A stretch of 63,582 bases of DNA, the filler included, from Octopus bimaculoides (lineage: Eukaryota): assembly GCF_001194135.2 (NCBI RefSeq). It is 8 parts of 6 records of this genome, joined end to end, with 100 filler letters (N's around TTAATTAATTAA, not from the genome) between each part and the next. Parts side by side here need not be neighbours in the genome. Positions count along the whole stretch, not along the records: positions 50,732 to 59,628 come from NC_068990.1; positions 59,729 to 63,582 come from NC_068985.1; 6 more parts are not named here. The stretch is one strand, 5' to 3'. The notes beneath the pieces are model-generated. The model saw only the letters and a list, made by a program, of their open reading frames with translations, searched no databases and was not told the origin of the DNA. Shown piece after piece: positions 52,539-63,582 of the stretch (position 1 is its first letter; each line of letters starts with the position of its first letter). Position numbers and translations under genes: made by a program.

Positions 52539-54196
52539 ATGTATAATGTNNNNNNNNNNNNNNNNNNNNNNNNNNNNNNNNNNNNNNNNNNNNNNNNNNN
52601 NNNNNNNNNNNNNNNNNNNNNNNNNNNNNNNNNNNNNNNNNNNNNNNNNNNNNNNNNNNNNNNNNNNNNNNNNNNNNNNNNNNNNNNNNNNNNNNNNNNN
52701 NNNNNNNNNNNNNNNNNNNNNNNNNNNNNNNNNNNNNNNNNNNNNNNNNNNNNNNNNNNNNNNNNNNNNNNNNNNNNNNNNNNNNNNNNNNNNNNNNNNN
52801 NNNNNNNNNNNNNNNNNNNNNNNNNNNNNNNNNNNNNNNNNNNNNNNNNNNNNNNNNNNNNNNNNNNNNNNNNNNNNNNNNNNNNNNNNNNNNNNNNNNN
52901 NNNNNNNNNNNNNNNNNNNNNNNNNNNNNNNNNNNNNNNNNNNNNNNNNNNNNNNNNNNNNNNNNNNNNNNNNNNNNNNNNNNNNNNNNNNNNNNNNNNN
53001 NNNNNNNNNNNNNNNNNNNNNNNNNNNNNNNNNNNNNNNNNNNNNNNNNNNNNNNNNNNNNNNNNNNNNNNNNNNNNNNNNNNNNNNNNNNNNNNNNNNN
53101 NNNNNNNNNNNNNNNNNNNNNNNNNNNNNNNNNNNNNNNNNNNNNNNNNNNNNNNNNNNNNNNNNNNNNNNNNNNNNNNNNNNNNNNNNNNNNNNNNNNN
53201 NNNNNNNNNNNNNNNNNNNNNNNNNNNNNNNNNNNNNNNNNNNNNNNNNNNNNNNNNNNNNNNNNNNNNNNNNNNNNNNNNNNNNNNNNNNNNNNNNNNN
53301 NNNNNNNNNNNNNNNNNNNNNNNNNNNNNNNNNNNNNNNNNNNNNNNNNNNNNNNNNNNNNNNNNNNNNNNNNNNNNNNNNNNNNNNNNNNNNNNNNNNN
53401 NNNNNNNNNNNNNNNNNNNNNNNNNNNNNNNNNNNNNNNNNNNNTAACTGTGTTGGGAATGCTTTTTGTATATTAACAGATGTATAAGTGTCAAAGATAA
53501 TATAGATGCATTAACAATGACATCTACAAGCACCATCTGAATTCAGGTACATATGCACTGCCATCACAATGTGTGTAAATGTACATAAATGAATATATAT
53601 ATATATGTGTCGGCTAGTAATGAAACCACCCCTCTTCAGTAGTTTGTCACCAAACCCTAAAATGTTTTATAACTATATTGTCCATGTTTACTGTCTATAC
53701 TATTTACCCCTTACCCTACAAAGAAAATGCCAGTTTCATCTTAAGCTTTGAATCACTAGGTATAATAAGATAGTCCTTAAATCAGAAACAAATAAAATTA
53801 GTGACAGTTAAAAATCTGCTTAGAATTATTCACTAGCCTTTGTGGTCTGGCTAAGTAAAAATGTTTTTTTGTATTCTTCCTTTCTACTTGGAGAGTTTAG
53901 ATGTAATTATAAAAATATGTCCTTCTTTTTAAATGTAATTTCATTAAATTTCTATATCTTTGTGCAGCTGAGGATTGCTCTGCATTTTATATTTGATGTA
54001 ATATTCACATTGTTTAATTAAATGGAGTCGCATGAAACGATCGTACTGCATTAACTTTGGATATCCTTGTTGCTTATTTTGACTTTAATCACCTTATTTT
54101 GAAACTGTATGGATAATACCATACTAAATTCTGGTGCCTCAACTTAAGTACCATATTCACCTGAATCTAAATTTTTTACATATATATATATATATA

Positions 54197-55461
54197 TCAT
54201 CATCATCATCATCATCATCGTTTAACGTCCACTTTCCATGCNNNNNNNNNNNNNNNNNNNNNNNNNNNNNNNNNNNNNNNNNNNNNNNNNNNNNNNNNNN
54301 NNNNNNNNNNNNNNNNNNNNNNNNNNNNNNNNNNNNNNNNNNNNNNNNNNNNNNNNNNNNNNNNNNNNNNNNNNNNNNNNNNNNNNNNNNNNNNNNNNNN
54401 NNNNNNNNNNNNNNNNNNNNNNNNNNNNNNNNNNNNNNNNNNNNNNNNNNNNNNNNNNNNNNNNNNNNNNNNNNNNNNNNNNNNNNNNNNNNNNNNNNNN
54501 NNNNNNNNNNNNNNNNNNNNNNNNNNNNNNNNNNNNNNNNNNNNNNNNNNNNNNNNNNNNNNNNNNNNNNNNNNNNNNNNNNNNNNNNNNNNNNNNNNNN
54601 NNNNNNNNNNNNNNNNNNNNNNNNNNNNNNNNNNNNNNNNNNNNNNNNNNNNNNNNNNNNNNNNNNNNNNNNNNNNNNNNNNNNNNNNNNNNNNNNNNNN
54701 NNNNNNNNNNNNNNNNNNNNNNNNNNNNNNNNNNNNNNNNNNNNNNNNNNNNNNNNNNNNNNNNNNNNNNNNNNNNNNNNNNNNNNNNNNNNNNNNNNNN
54801 NNNNNNNNNNNNNNNNNNNNNNNNNNNNNNNNNNNNNNNNNNNNNNNNNNNNNNNNNNNNNNNNNNNNNNNNNNNNNNNNNNNNNNNNNNNNNNNNNNNN
54901 NNNNNNNNNNNNNNNNNNNNNNNNNNNNNNNNNNNNNNNNNNNNNNNNNNNNNNNNNNNNNNNNNNNNNNNNNNNNNNNNNNNNNNNNNNNNNNNNNNNN
55001 NNNNNNNNNNNNNNNNNNNNNNNNNNNNNNNNNNNNNNNNNNNNNNNNNNNNNNNNNNNNNNNNNNNNNNNNNNNNNNNNNNNNNNNNNNNNNNNNNNNN
55101 NNNNNNNNNNNNNNNNNNTCCCTTTGTCGCCAGCAGGGGTAAGAGCTCTCTAAACTTTGCCCAAGCTATTCTTATTCTAGCAGCTACACTTTCAGCGCAC
55201 CCACCTCCACTACTAACTTGGTCGCCCAGATAGCGGAAGCTATCGACTACCTCTAGTTTTTCACCCTGGAATGAGATAGAAGTTGTTTCCTGTTTGTTTA
55301 CAGTCTTTATTGCACCTGAACATCTGCCACAAACAAAAACTAACTTGCTATTTAACCTGCCTTTGATGTTGCTGCACCTCTTATGTGTCCATAGCTTGCA
55401 CCGGGTACATCTTATAGAGTTACTACCTACTCCTTTTCTACATACTGAGCAGGGCCACCTG
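54197..55461 (-). mobile_element. 5'-truncated copy of the same RTE LINE (PHD-like finger, RT end, gap, 3' tail)
   Basis: 55461->55119 reads RWPCSVCRKGVGSNSIRCTRCKLWTHKRCSNIKGRL...VVDSFRYLGDQ...AWAKFRELLPLL. After the gap, the tail GCATGGAAAGTGGACGTTAAAC(GAT)n appears in the same orientation. Confidence 0.9.
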
Positions 55462-55462
55462 T

Positions 55463-55620
55463 AGGCACAGGCATGGCTGTATGGTAAGAAGGTCACTTCC
55501 CAACCACATGGTTTCAGGTTCAGTCTTCTACTTGGGTAAGTGTCTTCTACTATAGCCATGGGGTAACCAAAGTCTTGTGAGTGGATTTGGTAGACAGAAA
55601 CTGACAGAAGCCCATCGTAT
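55463..55620 (+). mobile_element. tRNA-derived SINE family A
   Basis: GGCATGGCTGTATGGTAAGAAG...GGTTCAGTC...GTGAGTGGATTTGGTAGACAGAAACTGACAGAAGCCC. Confidence 0.8.
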
Positions 55621-56179
55621 ACATACACATGTATATATATGAATATATATACATGTATACATATGTGTGTGCGTGTGTGTATTTATGTATGTGTGTCTGA
55701 GTTTGTCCCCCCCCCACTATTGCACTATCACTTGACTACTGTTGTTGGTGTGCTTTTGTACCCATAACTTAGCAGTTTGTCGAAAGAGACTGATAGAATA
55801 AGTATTAGGCTTACACGGTCGATTTCTTCAACTAAAGCTCTTTTATATATATGTATAAGCACATGCACACACATGCTCTAGATCTGTTGGAAAATGCAGT
55901 CAAATCTTCCTAAAATCACACCTACCCAGCTTAAATAATGAAATGATACATGAAATACTTTTGTAGTCCTATATATTCCTAAAAAGACAGTATGGTCATG
56001 GATGGAAGGCTTTTGGTCATATGTATGCACAGTCATAATTAATCTGGAACTAAACAGCAGCAACACTCCCAACATTCATATAAAAATAACTGTTCTTGAT
56101 TAAATACACTTAACAAAAGCTAGAAAAATAATATGCATGTCTGTCTAACTGTATATATGTATATGTGTGTTTGTATGTA

Positions 56180-56470
56180 TTTGGCTCATGGTTGTAAGGT
56201 CATGATTTTTATACCTGGTGGCATGTTGTGTCCTTGAGCAAGACACTTTATTCCATGTTGCTGTAGTCCATTCAGCTGGCAAAAATGAGCCGTACCTGTA
56301 TTCCAAAGGACCAGCCTTGTCACATTCTTTGTCGCACTGAACCTCCCTCTGAACTATTTTATGGATACATGTGTCTGTGAAGTCCTCAGCCATTTGCACA
56401 TAATTTCACAAGCAGGCTGTTCCATTGACTGGATCAACTGGAGCACTTGTCGTTGTAACTGACAGTGTAC
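56180..56470 (+). mobile_element. tRNA-derived SINE family B
   Basis: GTTGTGTCCTTGAGCAAGACACTTTATT...CAGCTGGCAAAAATGAG...CAGCCTTGTCACA. Confidence 0.8.
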
Positions 56471-56473
56471 CAC

Positions 56474-56517
<44 letters not shown>

Positions 56518-56943
56518 GTATATACATAAGTATGAATGGATGGAAAATACGTATATATTTGGAAGTAACGATGGAGTACCGCCTTCTTGTATATGTACAG
56601 ATATATATAAGAGACAGTGAGAGGAGTTATATATAATCATGATGAATCTTAAATTATTTTCAACCTATATTCACTCAGAGGATGTCTNNNNNNNNNNNNN
56701 NNNNNNNNNNNNNNNNNNNNNNNNNNNNNNNNNNNNNNNNNNNNNNNNNNNNNNNNNNNNNNNNNNNNNNNNNNNNNNNNNNNNNNNNNNNNNNNNNNNN
56801 NNNNNNNNNNNNNNNNNNNNNNNNNNNNNNNNNNNNNNNNNNNNNNNNNNNNNNNNNNNNNNNNNNNNNNNNNNNNNNNNNNNNNNNNNNNNNNNNNNNN
56901 NNNNNNNNNNNNNNNNNNNNNNNNNNNNNNNNNNNNNNNNNNN

Positions 56944-56986
<43 letters not shown>

Positions 56987-57967
56987 TAGCATCTTGAATG
57001 TCTTTCCATTAATTTCTTGTACAAAACTTAGATGAAGCATAAATAGAAGTTTAGACTCCATTTTGATTGATACCCCAGGTAACAGAAGTCTAGAGGGAAT
57101 AGAAAATACAAAGACGTTTTTGGAATATACTGTCTGACAATATAACATCAAGAACTATCAGTAGAATGGTTAATGTGCTAAAAGTTTCTCTGTAATAGAT
57201 GGTGAGAGTACCAGGGGCAATTCTGTAAAAAGCATATAATTATCGAAAGAAAATTGCAAACGAAAGAAAACGAAGAAAAAGAAAGAAAAAAAAAGACAGA
57301 AAGAAGTGGTATGAAAAAATTGTGAAGAAATTAAATCAAAGCACCATAAAAAAAAATGGAATAATATTGGTGAAGGAGAAAGAGAAAAGTTCATGTTGCA
57401 GTTAAAATAAATTATATGGAAAGTATTAAATACCTAAGGGAATTTATATTTTATCGGTAGGGATTAGTTTATTTAAATCCTGGTATAGGAGCCACAAGAA
57501 CAAATGGCAATCATTATAGATATGACCAAGGTTTTATGATAAATTCTGTGTTAACGATTTCTCTGGTATTGGAATATAATAGAAAATAGATATATTCTAA
57601 AGTAATGTTTGATAACATGTTTAGTTCTTTTTTTTTTTATTATTTATCAAGTGGTTTAGCTGTAGGAATGATGACACTCAGCTACAAAAATTGATATGCA
57701 GATATTGAAGTTTGAAAACCTATTACAACCACACCATCGTATTGAAATTAATAGAAAAGAGTTTAAAGAAAATTATATCCTATTGGGAAATTGAGCAGAG
57801 TCAAAAATTTGCATTAGTCATGGAAAGGAGAATCGCATTGACAGATCTAAGGTTCACAGTGAGAGAGAGAGGAGACAAAGTGCAACTCAAATTGGTAGAC
57901 TAGTGGTAGTTTGCATCATAAGATATATATATCCTAAACATATATATATATATATTATGTGCGTTTG

Positions 57968-57998
<31 letters not shown>

Positions 57999-58140
57999 CC
58001 ACATACACTCACACACATATATCTTGCACATATCTGCATATATATTTACGCACACATACACATATATGTACATATATATATGTATGTGTATATATACATA
58101 TAAATATACATATAAATATACATATATATCCATACATGTG

Positions 58141-58186
<46 letters not shown>

Positions 58187-58659
58187 TATATCGGTATATA
58201 TATATGAATGTGTGTGTGTGAATTGATGAAGTAGTGGTGACTAGAGTTTCAAGATGAAGGACAATCACCCAAAATATTAGTCTCCGTTGTGAGTATCTTC
58301 TCATTGCATACTAACATTAACCTCATTTATTTGTATTTCTTAAGAAGATTTGATAATTTGCAGTGAAGCATTCATAGCAAAGCTTTAAATTCTCTACAAC
58401 CTGATATCTTAAACACTGATCAAATTAGTGTACAATCAATATCAAAGAAGACATCAATGAAAGAAGGGTATGTGCTTTTAGATTACCTCCAGGAGCAGCC
58501 AACTTTGACTGATTAAGTGATTTCTTTTTCTCGTCTGTTTTATTAATAAAAAAGAACTCTCAGCGTGGTCAAAGGGTTCTGTAGAAAATTGGTTCATTTC
58601 AAATTTTTAAATTCAGTTCATTGGTTTTGACCACAAAATTTCAGTAAAATGCAATTTTC

Positions 58660-59000
58660 TTCTGTCTGTTAGAAACTTGGGCAATGTATATAGCAATGGA
58701 GAAGATAGAAGCCTAGCTGTGAATCTTTTGCTGATTGGGTAGGATATGCTGGAAAGACAAGGTAACAAATGCTGCAGTACTAGAAAAGTGGAAAGTCCAA
58801 AAATACCTATTGTCAAGAACCAAGCCCACAAGCTGTCATATTTTGGATATTCCATATGCTTTAAGTCATTGCCAAAGGCATTTCTGACAGGAACTGGGGA
58901 GAGGAAAATACCAAGAGCTTGTCAACGATGATTGTGAACTGACAACATCAAAAGTGGACTAGAAACAAAAGCCTAATTACTTGTACAGATGCAGTACAAC
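58660..59000 (+). mobile_element. Decayed RTE-type LINE C-terminal fragment
   Basis: Broken frames give ETW..., ICWKDKVTNAAVLEK, KLSYFG and (W)TDNIK, typical of RTE C-termini. Confidence 0.6.
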
Positions 59001-59309
59001 ACAGAGGAAACTGTAGAGTCTGTGGCAATCCAACCCCTTAACACAGGGAGAGCTTCTAGCGGCTGGTTGATGATGGCTATGTAGAAAGCAGAGAATCACA
59101 CATGTACGGTTAAGAGTACAAACCAAAAGCCAAAATTGGTGATGCTGTATCATGGTCCCCTTGTGATTTTTATAACTGAAACAGCAAATGACATTTACAA
59201 CCTAGCAATAAATAAATAATAATAATTAATAAAAAGAAATATTGGTAAAACAATGATCTACAAAGTAATGATATACAATGTTGTTACTTTCATTATTATT
59301 ATTATTATT

Positions 59310-59628
59310 CAGTAGTTTTATTTTTATAACGTGCTTTCACTTCACTACCGAGCGCAGCTCTGTGCGCCTTGGGTATGTGCTGTGGTTTGCTGTGGTGCTC
59401 TTATGTTTACTGTATTGAAAGTGTTTTGCGTAGAATGTGTGCAGTACCCAGTAGTGCAATTTTCTGTATGTTATATATATTTGTAAGTCCTGGTGTTTTT
59501 GTTATGTATTTGTCTGAATATTTTTTTATTATACCTAAGGCACCTACTATGATAGGAATTGTTTCTGTTTTTAGATTCCACATTCGAGTTATCTCTATTT
59601 CCAGGTCTTTGTATTTTGAAAGTTTTTC
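59310..59628 (-). mobile_element. R4/Dong-like retrotransposon 3' end, (TAA)n at 3' junction
   Basis: 59628->59407 is open: EKLSKYKDLEIEITRMWNLKTETIPIIVGALGIIKKYSDKYITKTPGLTNIYNIQKIALLGTAHILRKTLSIQ*. The 3' UTR ends AAAACTACTG-AATAATAAT. The 5' side is lost in a gap. Confidence 0.92.
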
Positions 59629-59729
59629 NNNNNNNNNNNNNNNNNNNNNNNNNNNNNNNNNNNNNNNNNNNNTTAATTAATTAANNNNNNNNNNNNNNNN
59701 NNNNNNNNNNNNNNNNNNNNNNNNNNNNA

Positions 59730-59935
59730 CACACCGGGCGAAATGCTTAGCGGTATTTCGTCTGCCCGCTACGTTTTGAGTTCAAATTCCGCCGAGGTCG
59801 ACTTTGCCTTTCATCCTTTCGGGGTCGATTAAATAAGTACCAGTTACGCACTGGGGTCGATATAATCGATTTAATCCGTTTGTCTGTCCTTGTTTGTCCC
59901 CCTCTGTGTGTAGCCCCTTGTGGGTAGTAAAGAAA
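59730..59935 (+). mobile_element. tRNA-derived SINE family C
   Basis: B box GAGTTCAAATTCC, then GAGGTCGACTTTGCCTTTCATCCTTTCGGGGTCGAT. Confidence 0.85.
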
Positions 59936-60251
59936 TAACACATACATATACACACACAAACCAGCAACACCACCATCTACTATAACTCTCCGAGTCAATA
60001 AGGAAGCCTCAACTGCTTGAAATAGCAATGAAATGTCCTTCAAATCACATCCTAAGATATATACGTATCAGAGAATGTAGTCCTACATACTGCTGAAAAG
60101 ACTGAATCGTCACGAATGGAATGTCTTGATATACCTTTAATCACAGGTAAACCTGTGATTAAACAAACTTCAGCAATGTTGATGGTCTAGCTGTTTTTCC
60201 ATAACAAGGACGGATAATATCTTGGAATATTAAGAAAAGCTTTTGTATTTG

Positions 60252-60538
60252 GACGTCCTGAGATGAGATGAGGTCACAAATGGAGACAAATACATCGCAA
60301 TGGAGAGCGGGGAAGAGAAACTGGAATTTGCCGCCAAAGAAAAGTGCGCTCTAAGCAAAGAAAAGTCTGTAATGTTGGTAGAGAATGTTTTCAAATGCAG
60401 CCGCTGCATGCGAGACTGCCACTCCCGTGTCGGCCTGTACAGTCACAGCAGATGTTGCACCACCTTCTGCAGCTGACACAAATTCTCCGGGTGTAGACCC
60501 ATGGTCTCTCCAGACCGACGAATGCCTATTAATTATTA
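60252..60538 (+). mobile_element. RTE/BovB-like LINE 3' end with C-terminal zinc finger
   Basis: FKCSRCMRDCHSRVGLYSHSRCC (from 60390) matches the CxxC..S..GL.SH.R motif of RTE-type ORF2 ends. It is followed by a short UTR and an ATT-rich tail. Confidence 0.75.
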
Positions 60539-61214
60539 TATTAAGAAAAGGACCCATATATAACTTTAACGTGTTTATCTTCAAAATAACCATTCAAACA
60601 AACCTACTTACAACAAATTTCTGGGACAGAAAAATACAACTACAGAAAAAAATACCACTTTTTCAGAAAAGCAAATAAATGCTGCAATATGAAAGCACAC
60701 ATACTGACCATCCACCATAAATCACTTACAATTTCATCGATAACATAAGCTGGAAAATTTCTGCAATATAAGATATTATTTCCACCATAGAAAAATGACA
60801 ATCTTTCAGAAAAAAAAAAAAACGAATAGATGCTATAATATAAAGCAAGCATTCTGACCATGCAGCGTAAATAATTAACAATTTAGTAGACAACATGGAC
60901 CGAAGAATTTCTGCAAGATCATTCATTATTTTCCCTATTATGTTTGTGTTTATGTCTTTAGCCTTTTTTTTTCTCTCAAATGTACTCAGACAGGACGTTG
61001 TATTACTTCTGTTAACGTTTTGGACTGATTATATATGTTGTGCGTGTGGGAAGCATTTAATGTTTCACTGTTGCACCGTCTTCTTTTCAAATTGTTCTTC
61101 TTGCATAATGTTGTTCTATAGACTATGCCATGTTCGAGCAGTTTTTACTTTACGGGTATAGACTTCGTCCACTAAAGTTAGCCCGCTGCCCTAACCACTG
61201 GGCCATTGCGCCTC

Positions 61215-61277
<63 letters not shown>

Positions 61278-61514
61278 NNNNNNNNNNNNNNNNNNNNNNN
61301 NNNNNNNNNNNNNNNNNNNNNNNNNNNNNNNNNNNNNNNNNNNNNNNNNNNNNNNNNNNNNNNNNNNNNNNNNNNNNNNNNNNNNNNNNNNNNNNNNNNN
61401 NNNNNNNNNNNNNNNNNNNNNNNNNNNNNNNNNNNNNNNNNNNNNNNNNNNNNNNNNNNNNNNNNNNNNNNNNNNNNNNNNNNNNNNNNNNNNNNNNNNN
61501 NNNNNNNNNNNNNN

Positions 61515-61559
<45 letters not shown>

Positions 61560-61854
61560 ATATATATATATGTTTGATTTCCAGAAATTATTCTGACGAA
61601 GGTAACATTAATTTTCTTAGGTCGTTCAATTTACCTCAATTGATCAATAGACCAGTTAGTAAACTTATCAGTAATGTACCTATAGCAACTGTGTAAGCTA
61701 AATTTGCTCAAATAAAGGAATTATATGTAATGACCATTATTTTTATAATGTTATATAATATATCTGATAAAACTTGTTCAAATGTTGCTGAATTGTTTAT
61801 TCTTTATTTTAATATATAATATATAGTCATTAAATGTTTGTTCTTTATTTTACA

Positions 61855-62638
61855 GTGCTGATAAAGAGTGGTGGAAAAATCTAAATCATTTTATGCTACC
61901 GGTAAAAAAAAAAAAGGTGTAAATGCAAGGGCAGCAGCAAAAGAAATTAATGTTATGGATGGCCCAGGAACTGTCAACGAACATATGACAGAAAACTTGT
62001 TCAGACGTTTCAGCCTCGAAGATAAACCAAGGTCAAGGAGACCGTTTGTTGTGGAAGATGAGGTCTTGCTTGAAATGGTTGACCAACTGCCAAGTGCAAG
62101 CACTTGTACATTCTCAGCAGTACTTGGTCCATCACAAAGAACCATCAATCGACACCTCCATAAGCTTGGCCTTCAGAGCAGAGGCTGTCGAGAAGTTCCT
62201 CGCGAACTGACCAATGACCAGGCTCAACAACATGTGAACATTTATAAGCAACTGCTGAAAGAAATCCTAGTGATGTTTGTTTTAGGCATCAACTGTAACT
62301 GGAGATGAAGAATGGATCTATTTGTGTAATCTTAATATGAGAAATCAATAGCAATGTTCCGGCCTGCTGTCGAGCAAGGGATATTTGAACAGAATGTCAC
62401 ATGCGTTTGGTAGAATTTCGAGGCGGGTTTGGACTTTGAGTTTCTCCCAGATGGTCGGCTGTGAGCGCTAACATTTATGCTCACCAACTGCAGTTTCCTG
62501 TTATTGGTCAATCGAAGAAGACGGACACTCACACAGCATGACAATGTCTCGGCATACATTGTCAATGTGACTAAGTGCAAACTTGAGCAATTTGTGGGGC
62601 TAGAAGCGCGGCCTGACCCTGCCTACAGTTTAGATCTT
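61855..62638 (+). pseudogene. Decayed mariner transposase (second family)
   Basis: HTH-like region (EDKPRSRRP...TINRHLHKLG...VPREL), TGDEEWIY (62298-62321), HDN (62537) and P.PAYSLDL. Frameshifted and truncated by (ATAG)n. Confidence 0.85.
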
Positions 62639-62862
62639 AGATAAATAAATAGATAAATAGATAGATAGATAGATAGATAATTACATGCATACATACATAC
62701 ATACATACATACATACATAGACATATATATTCACACATATGTATATATATGTATACGTATACATCTGTATATATATATATATCCTTTTGTTGTTTACACC
62801 AACTGTCCTCGTCTGTTGTTGTTTCTTTTTCGTAAATTCTCCCATATATATANNNNNNNNNN

Positions 62863-62906
<44 letters not shown>

Positions 62907-63436
62907 TATGGATATATGTGTGTGTACATATATAACGATAAATGCAATTGAAACAGCATTATGTTGAAATATGAAATGGAAGCAGCGCTAGTACAATAAA
63001 CATTACCAACCAACCGGCACTTTGAGAGAGCAATCTCTACCACGCCAGTTCGCATCCTACTGACAAATACACAAATATATGGTTGATAATGTTTATTACG
63101 CTAACGCTGCCTCTACTTCATATTTGAATTCATTCTTACGTATGCATTGTCCGGCCATAACCACTACCACAAAGTTTGCACAATATATACACAGAAGTCA
63201 TGGACTGGTGAAATGATTCATCTCCGACCCTGTTCGGGTACGTGATGATGATCACAAAATGGCGGAACATCAATGTCCATCACTCGTGGATGAGATTAGG
63301 AGTTGTCTCGCCTGTCTATGACTTCCAGGTGTTTTAACACTCGGCGCATTGAGAGAGAATTCTCCATTACGCCATAGGCAGCCTACTGGCAAGTACACGG
63401 GCTGTGTGCGTGAAGAGTATGTGATTGATATTGTAT

Positions 63437-63477
<41 letters not shown>

Positions 63478-63582
63478 TTATATAAATAAGGATAAGATGG
63501 AAATTTAAAATATTGATTTTATCAAGTGGCCAGCATGGGAATAAAAACCATCAAAGGTAACAATTATTTAAAATTATAATAT

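Noticed and set aside
50732-53470. Apparent ~1.7-kb tandem duplication (50732-50849 = 52432-52549; 51727-51753 = 53446-53470)
   Set aside because: The overlaps are identical down to microsatellite length, and the ~1-kb contig matches the size of the 52550-53445 gap. It is most likely a misplaced or redundant contig.
57480-57900. Possible decayed RT (AIIIDMTKV; YADIE)
   Set aside because: The motifs are too degenerate to support a call.

Overview
This is an AT-rich, extremely microsatellite-dense eukaryotic scaffold segment with about 10 kb of N-gaps. The repeat families and density point to a coleoid cephalopod, probably an octopus draft assembly; that is an inference I cannot confirm without a search. 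I find no confidently supported host protein-coding gene, rRNA, functional tRNA or CRISPR array. Nearly all listed ORFs are microsatellite or N-gap translations. The interpretable content is transposon debris. (i) Four fragments of R4/Dong-type non-LTR retrotransposons with a restriction-like endonuclease (RLE), each abutting (TAA)n tracts. (ii) A decayed RTE-type LINE (47.7-50.6 kb) and a second 5'-truncated copy, with a C4HC3 PHD-like finger inside the RT region. (iii) Other RTE and CR1-like remnants. (iv) A Penelope-like GIY-YIG fragment with an internal inversion. (v) Two mariner relics, one with both TIRs. (vi) Many copies of several tRNA-derived SINE families. The most unusual observations are a tRNA-headed SINE-like element carrying a Penelope-type hammerhead-ribozyme motif (37.8-38.0 kb), a non-coding element that shares the (TAA)n niche with Dong/R4, the PHD finger inside the RT, and a ~190-bp imperfect hairpin at 29.7 kb. 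Several apparent duplications and the TTAATTAATTAA spacers are assembly artefacts.
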